A DNA stretch of 64,000 nucleotides from assembly GCA_964464375.1 (NCBI GenBank), contig CAYXFU010000005.1, forward strand, positions 3,495-67,494. Reading direction: 5' to 3'. This document shows, one piece after another, positions 47,470 to 57,261 of this stretch. Source of the stretch: an uncultured Hyphomicrobiales bacterium (lineage in GTDB: Bacteria; Bacteroidota; Ignavibacteria; Kapaibacteriales; UBA2268). Made by a program: the position numbers and the translations under genes. The first letter of the stretch is position 1, and the number at the start of each line of letters is the position of its first letter. The notes under the pieces were generated by a model. That model searched no databases and had not been told where the DNA came from. It worked only from the letters and a program-made list of their open reading frames with translations.

Positions 47470-50028
47470 TTATACCTTAGCCCAGGCACATGAATACAAA
47501 TCTGAGTTATTAACCATCATAGGATGTTTTGGCAATATTCTGATTGTGAAACCCTGCTCCCCGGTGTCCGGACAAATGTAAGAGCCTTCATAGTTGTGAT
47601 TCTGCCCTTCTGAATTTTTCAATGATAATGGTGTATATTGAGTATTAATTAACTCACCATCAGGATGAACAGAACCATAATACGCTTGAACAACAACGTC
47701 TGATGGGGTAAGGTTCCCAAGTTTAACTGTTGCTGATACATTTATCGGCTTCCCGACAAAAGCTTCACCTGAGTCATTTATGCCTATTTCAACGACTTCT
47801 ACATGATTCCATTCTGATCTGACTTTTTCTTTCCAGAATTTAAGCTCTGTCGCTTTCTCTGCATTTGAAGCAGTCATTATTTTGTATGCTGATAATGCAG
47901 GCAAATAGAATTTATTAGTATATTCTTTTAACATCCGAATCGTAGAAAATCTCCCGGCAATAGTTTTAATGCTATTTTTCATAAAACCAACCCATTTTTC
48001 AGGAATTTTTCCTTTAGAGGATCTGTTATAAAACATTGGTACAATTACCTGTTCAAGTAATTCATAAAGAGAACCGGCTTCAATGATATCCTGTTCTTCA
48101 TGGTTAGCATATTCCTCACCATGTCCGATAGCAAATCCATTTGAACCATCGAATGATTCATCCCACCAGCCATCGAGAATACTAAGATTAAGTGTACCGT
48201 TGACAGCTGCTTTCATTCCACTTGTCCCACTTGCTTCGAGAGGTCTTACCGGTGTGTTAAGCCAAATATCACACCCTTTAACCATTAGTCTAGCTATAAC
48301 CATATCATAATCTTCAAGAAAAACAATATGATTCTCAAGACCATACTCTTTAACTCTCTGAATAATTGTTTGTATAACTTCTTTTCCTTGCGTATCATGA
48401 GGATGTGCTTTACCTGCAATTATCATTTGGACAGGTCTATCAGAATTCTTGAGGATTTTAGTTAATCTGTCCATATCGCTGAAAACAAGTGTAGCTCTTT
48501 TATATGATGCAAATCTACGTGCAAATCCAATAGTCAAAGCATCAGGATCGAGATACTCGTTAATTTTGTTGTATTGATCAGGAGCCAGAAAACTCTTTTG
48601 TTTCTTCTGCAAATATTGACGAGCAAAGAGTACAACTCTAACTCTGCGTCTTTGCTTTTCTCTCCAGATTTCTTCGGTAGGTATTAGATCCACTTTATCC
48701 CAGAGCTCCTGACTGTCAGTATCAGTTTTCCATCTTGGTGTTAAATATCTGTCAAGTATTTCAGAAAATTCTCTTGCCATCCATGTAGTTGTGTGTATTC
48801 CATTGGTAACATGTCCAATAGGAACTTCATTCTCAGGGAAACATTTCCAGATTTGATGCCACATCTTACGTGCAACCACACCGTGAAGAGCACTAACTCC
48901 ATTATAGTATCCAGTCATTTTCAAACCAAGAATTGTCATCGAGAATCCTGTATTTGAATCAAAATTTCCTTCCTGTCCGAGCGAAATGAACTCTTCTCTG
49001 CTGATGCCAAAAGGTTTGATGTAATTAGTGAAATAATTATTCATCCTGTCCAGCTCGAACATTTCATTGCCTGCTGGAACTGGAGTATGAGTTGTGAAAA
49101 TACTGGTAGATTTAGAAATCTGCTTTGCAGAAATGAAGTCAATATGATAATCATCCATGAAGTACTTGCATCGTTCAAATAAAGCGAAAGCTGCATGTCC
49201 CTCATTTATATGAATAACGGCAGGATTAATACCTAAGGCTCTCAACGCTCTCATGCCACCAATTCCCAAAAACATTTCTTGCTGAATTCTTGTATCCCTG
49301 GTACCGCCATAAAGTTGGTCTGTTATATCGCGATACTCATCAAGTTTGTTCTGGTGAACATTTGTATCGAGTAGATAAAGTGGAATTTTTCCAATTTGGA
49401 GTTTCCATATTTGAGCATAAGCCGTCCCTTTAGGGAGATCTATAGCAATAATAATTGGTTCTCCATTCTGATTTTTTTGAAGAATCAGAGGCATTGAATA
49501 AAAATCATTAAACAAATACATTTCATTCTGCCAGCCATTTTGGGTTAAATGCTGACGGAAATATCCTTGCTGGTATAGTAAACCTATTCCGACAAGGGGT
49601 AGTCCTAAATCGCTTGATGATTTCATATGATCGCCTGATAAAACTCCTAGACCACCTGAATAGTTTGGAAAACTTTCATTTATACCATATTCAGTACTAA
49701 AATAGGCTACAACATCATCTTTAGGGATATTTAGAGAATCAAACCATGATTGACTCTCCATGTATTGGATGAATTTATTATAAACATAATCGAGAAAGCT
49801 TGTAAAATCTGCTTGTTCTGCTAATTCTTCCAGTTTTTCCTGTGAAAGACTGTTGAGCATTGCAACAGGATTATGGTTGACCTTCTCCCATAAAGCAGTA
49901 TCGATACGCATAAAAATTTCTTTTCCATGGTAATTCCAACACCACCAGTAGTTGAATGCTAATTCTTTTAGCTTTGCAATGCGTGCTGGAAGGTTAGCCG
50001 AAACAATAAAACTATGAGCCGGTTTCAT
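47470..50028 (-). CDS. glgP: alpha-1,4-glucan (glycogen/maltodextrin) phosphorylase, GT35 family with DUF3417-type N-terminus
   Basis: WWCWN N-terminal motif, EGHAAFALFER, TTHTPVPAGNE, PLP-site GTSGMKAAVNG. Confidence 0.9.
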   Translation of the reverse strand: MKPAHSFIVSANLPARIAKLKELAFNYWWCWNYHGKEIFMRIDTALWEKVNHNPVAMLNSLSQEKLEELAEQADFTSFLDYVYNKFIQYMESQSWFDSLNIPKDDVVAYFSTEYGINESFPNYSGGLGVLSGDHMKSSSDLGLPLVGIGLLYQQGYFRQHLTQNGWQNEMYLFNDFYSMPLILQKNQNGEPIIIAIDLPKGTAYAQIWKLQIGKIPLYLLDTNVHQNKLDEYRDITDQLYGGTRDTRIQQEMFLGIGGMRALRALGINPAVIHINEGHAAFALFERCKYFMDDYHIDFISAKQISKSTSIFTTHTPVPAGNEMFELDRMNNYFTNYIKPFGISREEFISLGQEGNFDSNTGFSMTILGLKMTGYYNGVSALHGVVARKMWHQIWKCFPENEVPIGHVTNGIHTTTWMAREFSEILDRYLTPRWKTDTDSQELWDKVDLIPTEEIWREKQRRRVRVVLFARQYLQKKQKSFLAPDQYNKINEYLDPDALTIGFARRFASYKRATLVFSDMDRLTKILKNSDRPVQMIIAGKAHPHDTQGKEVIQTIIQRVKEYGLENHIVFLEDYDMVIARLMVKGCDIWLNTPVRPLEASGTSGMKAAVNGTLNLSILDGWWDESFDGSNGFAIGHGEEYANHEEQDIIEAGSLYELLEQVIVPMFYNRSSKGKIPEKWVGFMKNSIKTIAGRFSTIRMLKEYTNKFYLPALSAYKIMTASNAEKATELKFWKEKVRSEWNHVEVVEIGINDSGEAFVGKPINVSATVKLGNLTPSDVVVQAYYGSVHPDGELINTQYTPLSLKNSEGQNHNYEGSYICPDTGEQGFTIRILPKHPMMVNNSDLYSCAWAKV

Positions 50029-50121
50029 AAAATCTCCAATATTTAATAAATTCTATGTATTTTTCGTCAATTTTGAAAATAAATTGAATAATTTTCCAAA
50101 AAAATAGATAATTTCCATTAT

Positions 50122-50778
50122 ATGACAACAGAAATTACAAAAATTTTCTCTAATAATCCAGATTTTGATCTACTCTCTGAATCAGTTAAAAGACTTGCCG
50201 ATTCAGAACCTTTCATATTCCCGACAGAAACAGTTTATGGAATTGGCTGTAGATTAAGCGATATCCAATCAATTGAAAGAATTTTTGAACTAAAGCATCG
50301 GGATTTTTCAAAACCAATGGCGGCACATGTTTCATCTATTAATCAGGTTTATGAATTATGTGAAGAAATTCCAAATGATTTTGAAAAACTACTTGGAGTT
50401 TTTTTCCCCGGACCCCTCTCAATTGTCATGAAAAAGAAAAAAAATATTCCCGATCTGATAACTGCCGGATTCAACTCAATTGCAATACGTTATCCCGATG
50501 ATATAATTTTTAACTCTATTTGTGAAACTCTTGGTGAGCCAATAATCGCAACATCGGCAAATATTTCAGGTAACAAATCACAGATTGATACTTTTGGCAT
50601 TATAAGTGAATTTAATGGAAAGGTAAGACTAATCATAGATTCAGGTATAACAAAGTATAAAGGTGATTCTTCTGTGTTAAGTCTTACTCAAAAAGAGCCG
50701 ATATTATTACGTGAAGGTGTTGTCAGTTTGAAACAAATTGAGAATGTTTTAAACAAACCAGTAAAAAGAATAAGCTGA
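50122..50778 (+). CDS. tsaC: L-threonylcarbamoyladenylate synthase (YrdC/TsaC family, t6A biosynthesis)
   Basis: FIFPTETVYGIGCRL, SANISG; 218 aa. Confidence 0.8.
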   Translation: MTTEITKIFSNNPDFDLLSESVKRLADSEPFIFPTETVYGIGCRLSDIQSIERIFELKHRDFSKPMAAHVSSINQVYELCEEIPNDFEKLLGVFFPGPLSIVMKKKKNIPDLITAGFNSIAIRYPDDIIFNSICETLGEPIIATSANISGNKSQIDTFGIISEFNGKVRLIIDSGITKYKGDSSVLSLTQKEPILLREGVVSLKQIENVLNKPVKRIS

Positions 50779-50871
50779 TTTCTGCAGTTCGATTTATTAT
50801 CAATGAAGTGTGAATATTTATTAGAAAATTATTAGTAATTTTGCGTTTGTATTAAATTAAAAAAATAAAGA

Positions 50872-51135
50872 ATGATTGAACAGTTAGTAGAAGTAGTGAA
50901 TAGAGCCGGCATCCATACCAGGCCTGCAGCTATGATCGTAAAACTTGCGGCGAAATTTAAATCAGATATATATCTAATACGGGATGGTTTTTCGATTAAT
51001 GCTAAGAGCATCATAGGTGTAATGACTTTAGCCGCCGAACAGGGAGCAAAGATAATTGTTAAAATTGATGGGCAGGATGAACAGATGGCAACTGATGAAT
51101 TAACTCAGCTCTTTGCTAGTGGTTTTGGTGAGTAA
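50872..51135 (+). CDS. ptsH: phosphocarrier protein HPr
   Basis: GIHTRPAA (His15) and NAKSIIGVM (Ser46) motifs; 87 aa. Confidence 0.85.
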   Translation: MIEQLVEVVNRAGIHTRPAAMIVKLAAKFKSDIYLIRDGFSINAKSIIGVMTLAAEQGAKIIVKIDGQDEQMATDELTQLFASGFGE

Positions 51136-51169
51136 TTTATTGTTTTAATTAAATTACAGGAAAAAATTA

Positions 51170-52921
51170 TTGAACCTGATTAATGGAAGTACAACTGCAC
51201 TTACAAAAAGAGATGATGAACAAGAACTACTTGTTAAAGGTATCCCCTCTTCACCCGGACTTGTTTTAGGGCGAGCTGTTGTTATTGCTCCACAACCAAT
51301 ATTCGTTATCTCGGAATTAATCACCCTTGATGAAATATCAGTGGAAATAGAAAGATTTAGAACTGCCACTAAAATCTTTTCAGATGAAATCAGATCATTA
51401 ATATCTAAATCTAAATCTGAAAATAGAAATATACTAAATCTCCTTGAAACAAATCTCTTCATTTTACAAGATAAATTTCTTATAGACTCAATAGAAAATT
51501 TGATTAGTGATGGATTATCGGCTGAAATGGCTTTGGTTGAAGAATTCGATACCCAAAAACAATTCTTGCTTAACTCCCAAGACTCTCTGATCAAAGAAAG
51601 ATCTATTGAATTTGATCAAATCAAGCATAGGTTGATTTCAATTCTTAGGAATCAAAACACAGCTCTCAAGGCCGGTAAAGGCAGTATAATTGTTTGTCAA
51701 AGCATAACCCCGGCTGAAGTCATTAAAATTCATGAAGTTGGTGTCGTTGGTATTATCACCGAAATTGGAGGCATATCTTCTCATAGTGCCATTCTTGCAA
51801 GATCCTATGACATAGCACAGGTAATTGGTGTCAAAGATATCACTTCACAGGTAAATAATGGTGATTTTCTTATCATTGATGGTAATACCGGTATTATTCA
51901 GATAAATCCATCTGAGGAATCATTAGTAGCTTTTACTATTAAAAAGAAGAAGGAGAAAGAACATAAAAAGTTACTTGGTAAGCTGATCAAGTTACCGGCT
52001 ACAACTTTAGACGGCAAGGAGATTATTCTTCGGGCGAACATAAATTTTCCTGAGGATATGGTGTCTATGCAGACTGTGGGTGCTTATGGTGCTGGATTAG
52101 TCCGAACAGAGCATCTTGTGATTCAAAGAGGAAAATTCCCGAGTCTCGAAGAACAACAAGAATGGTATGATGAAATTGCTCATCAATCCTACCCTCATCC
52201 AGTAACTCTTAGGATATTTGATATTGGCAGTGATAAAATTGCAGAAGGACTTCCTATTCATGAGAATAATCCTGCTTTGGGTTTGAGGGGCATTAGATTT
52301 CTTCTTCAAAGAATCGATATTTTGAAAACACAGATTAGTGCCATTTTGCGTGCATCCAAATTAAAAAATGTTAGAATTTTATTACCTATGCTCTCCTCAA
52401 TAGAAGAACTGGAGCAAACAATCCAAGTTATTGATGACTGTAAAGCCAATCTAAAAGAACTTAGCATTCCATTTGATGAAATGATTCAAATTGGAGTTAT
52501 GATAGAAACCCCGGGAGCCGCATTAATTGCCGAAGAACTCGCAACCAAATGTGACTTTTTTAGTATTGGAACTAACGATTTGACTCAATATACATTAGCC
52601 GCCGATAGAACCAATGAGTTGATTGCTCATCACTTTGATACTTTTCATCCAGCTGTTTTAAAATTGATTCTAATGGCGATTACGGCAGCAAAAAATCATA
52701 ATATTAAGGCTAGTATATGTGGTGAAATGGCTGGACATGCTGCTGCTACAAGTCTGTTAATCGGCATGGGAATTGATGAACTGAGTATTGTGCCTTCAAT
52801 TTTATTGGAAATCAAGAAGAGAATTAGAACCGTTACCGATTTAGAATCCATAGCATTTGCTAACTCTATTCTTTCATGTAATTCTGTAATCGATATTCAC
52901 AAAAAACTTGGTTTAATGTAA
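51170..52921 (+). CDS. ptsI: phosphoenolpyruvate-protein phosphotransferase (PTS Enzyme I)
   Basis: GGISSHSAILARS (phospho-His), GLVRTEHL, IETPGAAL, FFSIGTNDLTQY. Confidence 0.92.
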   Translation: MNLINGSTTALTKRDDEQELLVKGIPSSPGLVLGRAVVIAPQPIFVISELITLDEISVEIERFRTATKIFSDEIRSLISKSKSENRNILNLLETNLFILQDKFLIDSIENLISDGLSAEMALVEEFDTQKQFLLNSQDSLIKERSIEFDQIKHRLISILRNQNTALKAGKGSIIVCQSITPAEVIKIHEVGVVGIITEIGGISSHSAILARSYDIAQVIGVKDITSQVNNGDFLIIDGNTGIIQINPSEESLVAFTIKKKKEKEHKKLLGKLIKLPATTLDGKEIILRANINFPEDMVSMQTVGAYGAGLVRTEHLVIQRGKFPSLEEQQEWYDEIAHQSYPHPVTLRIFDIGSDKIAEGLPIHENNPALGLRGIRFLLQRIDILKTQISAILRASKLKNVRILLPMLSSIEELEQTIQVIDDCKANLKELSIPFDEMIQIGVMIETPGAALIAEELATKCDFFSIGTNDLTQYTLAADRTNELIAHHFDTFHPAVLKLILMAITAAKNHNIKASICGEMAGHAAATSLLIGMGIDELSIVPSILLEIKKRIRTVTDLESIAFANSILSCNSVIDIHKKLGLM

Positions 52922-52927
52922 AAAAAA

Positions 52928-52960
52928 ATCGTCAGAAACACTCTGACGATTTAATGATTT
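52928..52960. terminator. bidirectional terminator (ATCGTCAG-aaacact-CTGACGAT; T9 follows on the minus strand)
   Basis: 8-bp perfect stem. On the minus strand it is followed by nine T, giving a strong terminator for the gatE-gatD operon. The T-run is weaker on the plus strand after ptsI. Confidence 0.6.
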
Positions 52961-52976
52961 TTAATGCTACCACTTT

Positions 52977-54362
52977 TTACTTGCGATATTTCGAAATAAA
53001 TTCTTCCACTTCCGGTATTCCACCCTGAAATATTAGATAACCGTTGCTTGGCTCCCTATCTGTTATTTCGTTGGCTATTGGTGTTAACATAATTTCTTTT
53101 ACTTTTTCTAAATCTTGGGATTGTCCCAAAGCCCATCCTAGTTTCATGTAAGCAACCTCAGGTAACATATTCCCGGCTGGAACGACTCCGAGATCCATCA
53201 TATCACGACCAGTATCGTAAACATACATCTGCACATAGCCCCATAGTGTTTGAACAGTCATGTAAACTGCAATTCCTTTGTCCTGCGCACGTTTAAGGGC
53301 AGGATAAAGTGGCTTGTTCACATGTCCAAGACCGGTTCCAGCTATCACGATACCTTTATAGCCATTGTCGATCAATGAATCTATTATATCAGCCTTCATA
53401 TTGGGATAATAATATACAATTGCAACTCTATCATCGAAAGCTGTATTTATGATCACATTTCTATCATCACGGCGCTTTCTGTAATCGTTCCTCAGTGGAG
53501 TAATCTTTTGTCTGTCAACCATTGCAATCGGAATTTCACCAATAGTTCTGAAGGTTGATCTATATGATGAATGCATTTTTCTAACACGTGTACCCTGATG
53601 TAAGAGTCCGTAAAGGTCTGATGTCGGACCAAACATACAAACCATAACCTCAGCAATATCACTATCTGCAGCAGTTTTCACACTATGCATTAAATTTAAA
53701 GCCGCATCTGATGATGGTCTGTCACTGGAACGTTGTGAGCCAACCATAACAATAGGAACTGGTGAATTTTGTACCATGAATGATAGTATTGCTGACGTAT
53801 GATGCATTGTGTCGGTACCATGCCCAATTACTATCCCTTTAGCACCATTCTGAATCTCTCTACCGATTGCTTCTGCGGTTCCTCTCCATTGATCAGGTCC
53901 CATATTCTCACTAAAAACTCCATATAGTTTTTCAGTTTGAAGATTGCATATATCTGCAAGTTCTGGAACTGAACCATAGAGTTCTCCTGGAGAAAATGCA
54001 GGAATTACAGCACCAGTTCTATAGTCCAGACGACTTGCAATTGTGCCGCCTGTACCCAGAAGTTTAACATTGGGTTTCTTAGGATCATAAGGGAAAGCTT
54101 TTTCTGGAATTTTATAATGAGCTTCTTTTCTTCCATTAATTTGAATATCTTCTACTTTCTCTGCTGCTATACCAACGTTATAACCTGATCTTAGTTTGAT
54201 AACAATATGCTTATCGTCTCCATTCTCAGAACGTGGAAGAATGATTCCGATATGTTTTCCGGTTGCTGTTTTAATCTCAACGTCACTCCATACCAAAGCA
54301 TCAAAATTCTTCAATGTACTTAATGCCTGACCTCTATAACCTTTATATGATTCATCTGCCAT
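52977..54362 (-). CDS. gatD: Glu-tRNA(Gln) amidotransferase subunit D, archaeal type (GatD; asparaginase-like)
   Basis: LKLRSGYNVG, GTGGTIASRLDYRTGAV, HGTDTMHHTSAILSFM, QRSSDRPSSDAALN. These align closely with archaeal GatD. Confidence 0.88.
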   Translation of the reverse strand: MADESYKGYRGQALSTLKNFDALVWSDVEIKTATGKHIGIILPRSENGDDKHIVIKLRSGYNVGIAAEKVEDIQINGRKEAHYKIPEKAFPYDPKKPNVKLLGTGGTIASRLDYRTGAVIPAFSPGELYGSVPELADICNLQTEKLYGVFSENMGPDQWRGTAEAIGREIQNGAKGIVIGHGTDTMHHTSAILSFMVQNSPVPIVMVGSQRSSDRPSSDAALNLMHSVKTAADSDIAEVMVCMFGPTSDLYGLLHQGTRVRKMHSSYRSTFRTIGEIPIAMVDRQKITPLRNDYRKRRDDRNVIINTAFDDRVAIVYYYPNMKADIIDSLIDNGYKGIVIAGTGLGHVNKPLYPALKRAQDKGIAVYMTVQTLWGYVQMYVYDTGRDMMDLGVVPAGNMLPEVAYMKLGWALGQSQDLEKVKEIMLTPIANEITDREPSNGYLIFQGGIPEVEEFISKYRK

Positions 54363-54363
54363 C

Positions 54364-56286
54364 TTATGCCTCCATCTTGTAATTATTTGTTACATACTTT
54401 CTAATATGTTGTCCGCTGCATCTTCCAATAAGGTCTGCCATGATTAATCCAATTAAAAATTCTGGCTTTTTGTCATGATTATGAAATTTTTGAGCATTCA
54501 TATCTTTTAAGCATTTTTCAAATGATTGTTTGATATCTGCATCGGAAGCTGGTAATGTGATATTCCCATCAAATTTACCATCGTTTTTAATGATCATTTC
54601 CATGGAAAATAATATACCATCCTTTGTCAATGAACCATCAGACACTGATTTGAATAATAGTTCCAAATTTGAATTATTAAGTAAATCAATACTTAATTTT
54701 TTCTTTTTTAATCTTTTAGTGAACTGAATTAATGCATGAGCAACTAAAATAGGATTTAATTTTAAAGTGTTAACTGCATAGTCGAAAACTGTTGCAAATT
54801 TAGATATTGACAACGGTTCAGCGATATCGGGAGATATGTTTAAATCCAAGTACTCCTTCAATCTAATCCAATAGGGAGCTAGTATTTCTGACTTTAACCT
54901 GATTAAACGTTCCTTAGTTATCATTATAGGGGGTAAATCAGTATCAGGATACATTCTATCAGCACCTGGAAGGATACGTTCAAAGCCGTTTGTGCCATCA
55001 CGAAAAGCCTGACGGGTTTCAGATGGGATTCCGATTGTAGCTTCTTTTGCTCTAATAATTATTTCTTTGGAGGCAGTATCAGTATCGGTTTCATCGCCCC
55101 ATACTAATACTAAAGTGTCTTCTTCTTTTGCTGAAACACTTTTGCGTATCTTTTGCCCATCTGCCGATGAGATAGTATTTTCGGCACTATCAGAATGAAC
55201 CATATTAGGTGTATTTGACAAACATGCAATGACTCGTACTCTGTCAGAGACTTCCTTGCCAAAGAAAGTGTCAGTCTGAGTCTTCCAGCTTAGTAAACCT
55301 TTGAATCCTGTGAGAGTAACACATTTTACAAGTAATCCCTTTGAGATAGCATTGGCAATTGGTTCATATTGTGTTTTCTTTAATAATTTTGTTACATCAT
55401 CAGTTTTTGAGTGGAATGTATCCGTTGTTATTCCACGCTTACTGAGTTCTTCTCTTAATCTAAGAAGATTCCACTGACGCATCGCTTCGTTATATGTTAA
55501 GAGTGGAATAGATTTAATATGGGCTACCCCCTTAATTTCAATTCTAGTACCCCCTGTTACACTAACATTAACATCTTCTCTACCTGCACCAATTCCTGTT
55601 CTAGCCTTTCCAGTACTACGGGCAACCTTACGAATGATTTGATTCACATCCGCTACTTCCTGAGGAGTAAGCATTTCAGGTGCTGTTACTGTTTCAATCA
55701 AAGGCATTCCGAGTCTGTCTGTTTTGTAAACTCTTCTATGTCCAAAATCGCTAATTTCTCTGCAAGAATCTTCCTCGATAGACATTTGAATTATATTAAT
55801 TTCCCTGTCTTTATATGGAATTTTACCATTTACACTTACTATAGCTGTACGCTGAAAACCGGTAGGAATACTGCCGTCAAGATACTGCTTTCTGGCTATA
55901 TGCAATTCATCAACTATATTGCAGTCCATTAACTGTCCTACTTGAATAGCCACATCCAAAGCTTGGTCATTCATAATAAAAGGTGGGGTATCGTCCATTT
56001 CGTAAGTGCAAACAGTAGCTCTGTTTATCCTATAGACAATATCCTTTTTAGTTTTAAATTCCATCAAAGCAGTGCCATCGTACTCTCCAAGTTCTGAAAG
56101 AGTTGGTCTCATGTGCCTTAATATTTCAGCATGATATTCCTCACTATATTGACCGGCAGGACACCTGCAGAAAAGTTTACGGTCAGTGTAAAGTTGTTGA
56201 TGAACTTCCAAACCTGATTTGAAGCCTATTCTCGAGTAGTCTTCCTGTGTCATTTCTTCGAATGGCTTAAAAACAAAATCTTCCAT
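54364..56286 (-). CDS. gatE: Glu-tRNA(Gln) amidotransferase subunit E, archaeal type (GatE)
   Basis: GLEVHQQL..KLFCRCP, RPTLSELGEYD, TGFQRTAIVSVNG, DRLGMPLIETVTAPE. Collinear with archaeal GatE. Its stop lies 1 nt before the gatD start. Confidence 0.88.
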   Translation of the reverse strand: MEDFVFKPFEEMTQEDYSRIGFKSGLEVHQQLYTDRKLFCRCPAGQYSEEYHAEILRHMRPTLSELGEYDGTALMEFKTKKDIVYRINRATVCTYEMDDTPPFIMNDQALDVAIQVGQLMDCNIVDELHIARKQYLDGSIPTGFQRTAIVSVNGKIPYKDREINIIQMSIEEDSCREISDFGHRRVYKTDRLGMPLIETVTAPEMLTPQEVADVNQIIRKVARSTGKARTGIGAGREDVNVSVTGGTRIEIKGVAHIKSIPLLTYNEAMRQWNLLRLREELSKRGITTDTFHSKTDDVTKLLKKTQYEPIANAISKGLLVKCVTLTGFKGLLSWKTQTDTFFGKEVSDRVRVIACLSNTPNMVHSDSAENTISSADGQKIRKSVSAKEEDTLVLVWGDETDTDTASKEIIIRAKEATIGIPSETRQAFRDGTNGFERILPGADRMYPDTDLPPIMITKERLIRLKSEILAPYWIRLKEYLDLNISPDIAEPLSISKFATVFDYAVNTLKLNPILVAHALIQFTKRLKKKKLSIDLLNNSNLELLFKSVSDGSLTKDGILFSMEMIIKNDGKFDGNITLPASDADIKQSFEKCLKDMNAQKFHNHDKKPEFLIGLIMADLIGRCSGQHIRKYVTNNYKMEA

Positions 56287-56478
56287 AACTACCTTATCAA
56301 AGTATCTTTATAATTATTATAATTTTAACATTATACGAACTTCAAATTTACGAAAAATATTTAATTTTGTGGCTGTAAGGCACAATATTTATTAAGGAAA
56401 CTCACAGGAAAAAATATTTTTATAGTTGCAAGCGTTAATATCACCAAAAACTATCTATTAATAAATTAAAGGACAATA

Positions 56479-56952
56479 ATGAAAAAAATATTGCTGCTAC
56501 TCATCATTGCATCTTCGATGTTGATATCCAACAATGAAGCCAAAGCTCAAATTGAAGATACAAAACTTGCCAAAATGGATCTCAGTGAATACTTAGGTGC
56601 AAGGTTATATAAACTTTTCCAGACATTCGGAACTCCGGATGATATTGCATGTTCAAATGATGAACGAGGAGAACCAATTCTTGATTTTGGTAAATTTGCT
56701 TTCCAGATTGGAGCAAAAACTGTAAATATTATTTATTTCTGGGAGAATTATCCCGGTAAAGTGATGGGATTTAAGGTTGGTGATAGCCGTGCAGACTTAG
56801 AAAAGAAATATGGTAAACCCAATGTTGAAAAGGATGCCAAGGATGGTAGTCTTATTTGGATTTATAATTTTAAAGAAATTGATAGATATTTTGTTGTGTT
56901 TTTTGATGATGACGCAAAAATCAAAAAAATGCAACTAGAGCTGATGATTTAA
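56479..56952 (+). CDS. hypothetical secreted protein
   Basis: Signal peptide MKKILLLLIIASSMLISNNEAKA; 157 aa with no recognisable domain. Confidence 0.5.
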   Translation: MKKILLLLIIASSMLISNNEAKAQIEDTKLAKMDLSEYLGARLYKLFQTFGTPDDIACSNDERGEPILDFGKFAFQIGAKTVNIIYFWENYPGKVMGFKVGDSRADLEKKYGKPNVEKDAKDGSLIWIYNFKEIDRYFVVFFDDDAKIKKMQLELMI

Positions 56953-57060
56953 TTTGGATTTAAAAAATGAATATCGCAAAAGTTTCAATTCATGTCATTC
57001 CCTCAAAAGAGGCTTAGTGAAATGTTGGTAATTGCGTTAATTCTGAGAATTAAAAACATA

Positions 57061-57230
57061 GGATGGGATACCCAATAAATGAGACTGTGTGAAAACTACG
57101 ATTACGTCATTCTGAGGGAGCGAAGCGACCGTGAGAATCCAGTATTCATGCGGTCTGGATTCTTCACTGCGTTCAGAATGACATCTAGAAATGACTTTTC
57201 ACACAATCTCTAAATCCGGGAATCCCATCC
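57061..57230. repeat. ~170-bp nested imperfect palindrome (MITE/REP-like element or structured RNA) between convergent genes
   Basis: Four concentric inverted-repeat pairs: GGATGGGATACCC (57061-73) with GGGAATCCCATCC (57218-30); GAGACTGTGTGAAAA (57081-95) with TTTTCACACAATCTC (57196-210); GTCATTCTGAG (57106-16) with TCAGAATGAC (57173-82); GAGAATCCAG (57133-42) with CTGGATTCTTC (57155-65). A degenerate half-copy (GTCATTCCCTCAAAAGAGG, ATTCTGAGAAT) lies just upstream at 56990-57060. Confidence 0.6.
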
Positions 57231-57261
57231 ATAAGGCATTTATTATTAAACTTTTGATCTA

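Noticed and set aside
51154-51594. Minus-strand 146-aa ORF and other antisense ORFs (52097-52309, 41632-41942, 46167-46718, 48083-48310, 58736-58921, 59600-59821, 61386-61695)
   Set aside because: Embedded antisense within strongly supported genes (ptsI, PNP, ffh, glgP, DUF2339, ftsY).
57061-57230. Interpreting the nested palindrome as an ordinary bidirectional terminator
   Set aside because: The true terminators in this window are 25-40 nt with a single GC-rich stem and flanking A/T runs. This element is 170 nt with four concentric repeat pairs and a degenerate upstream half-copy, so a repeat or mobile element or structured RNA is more likely, though a terminator role is not excluded.
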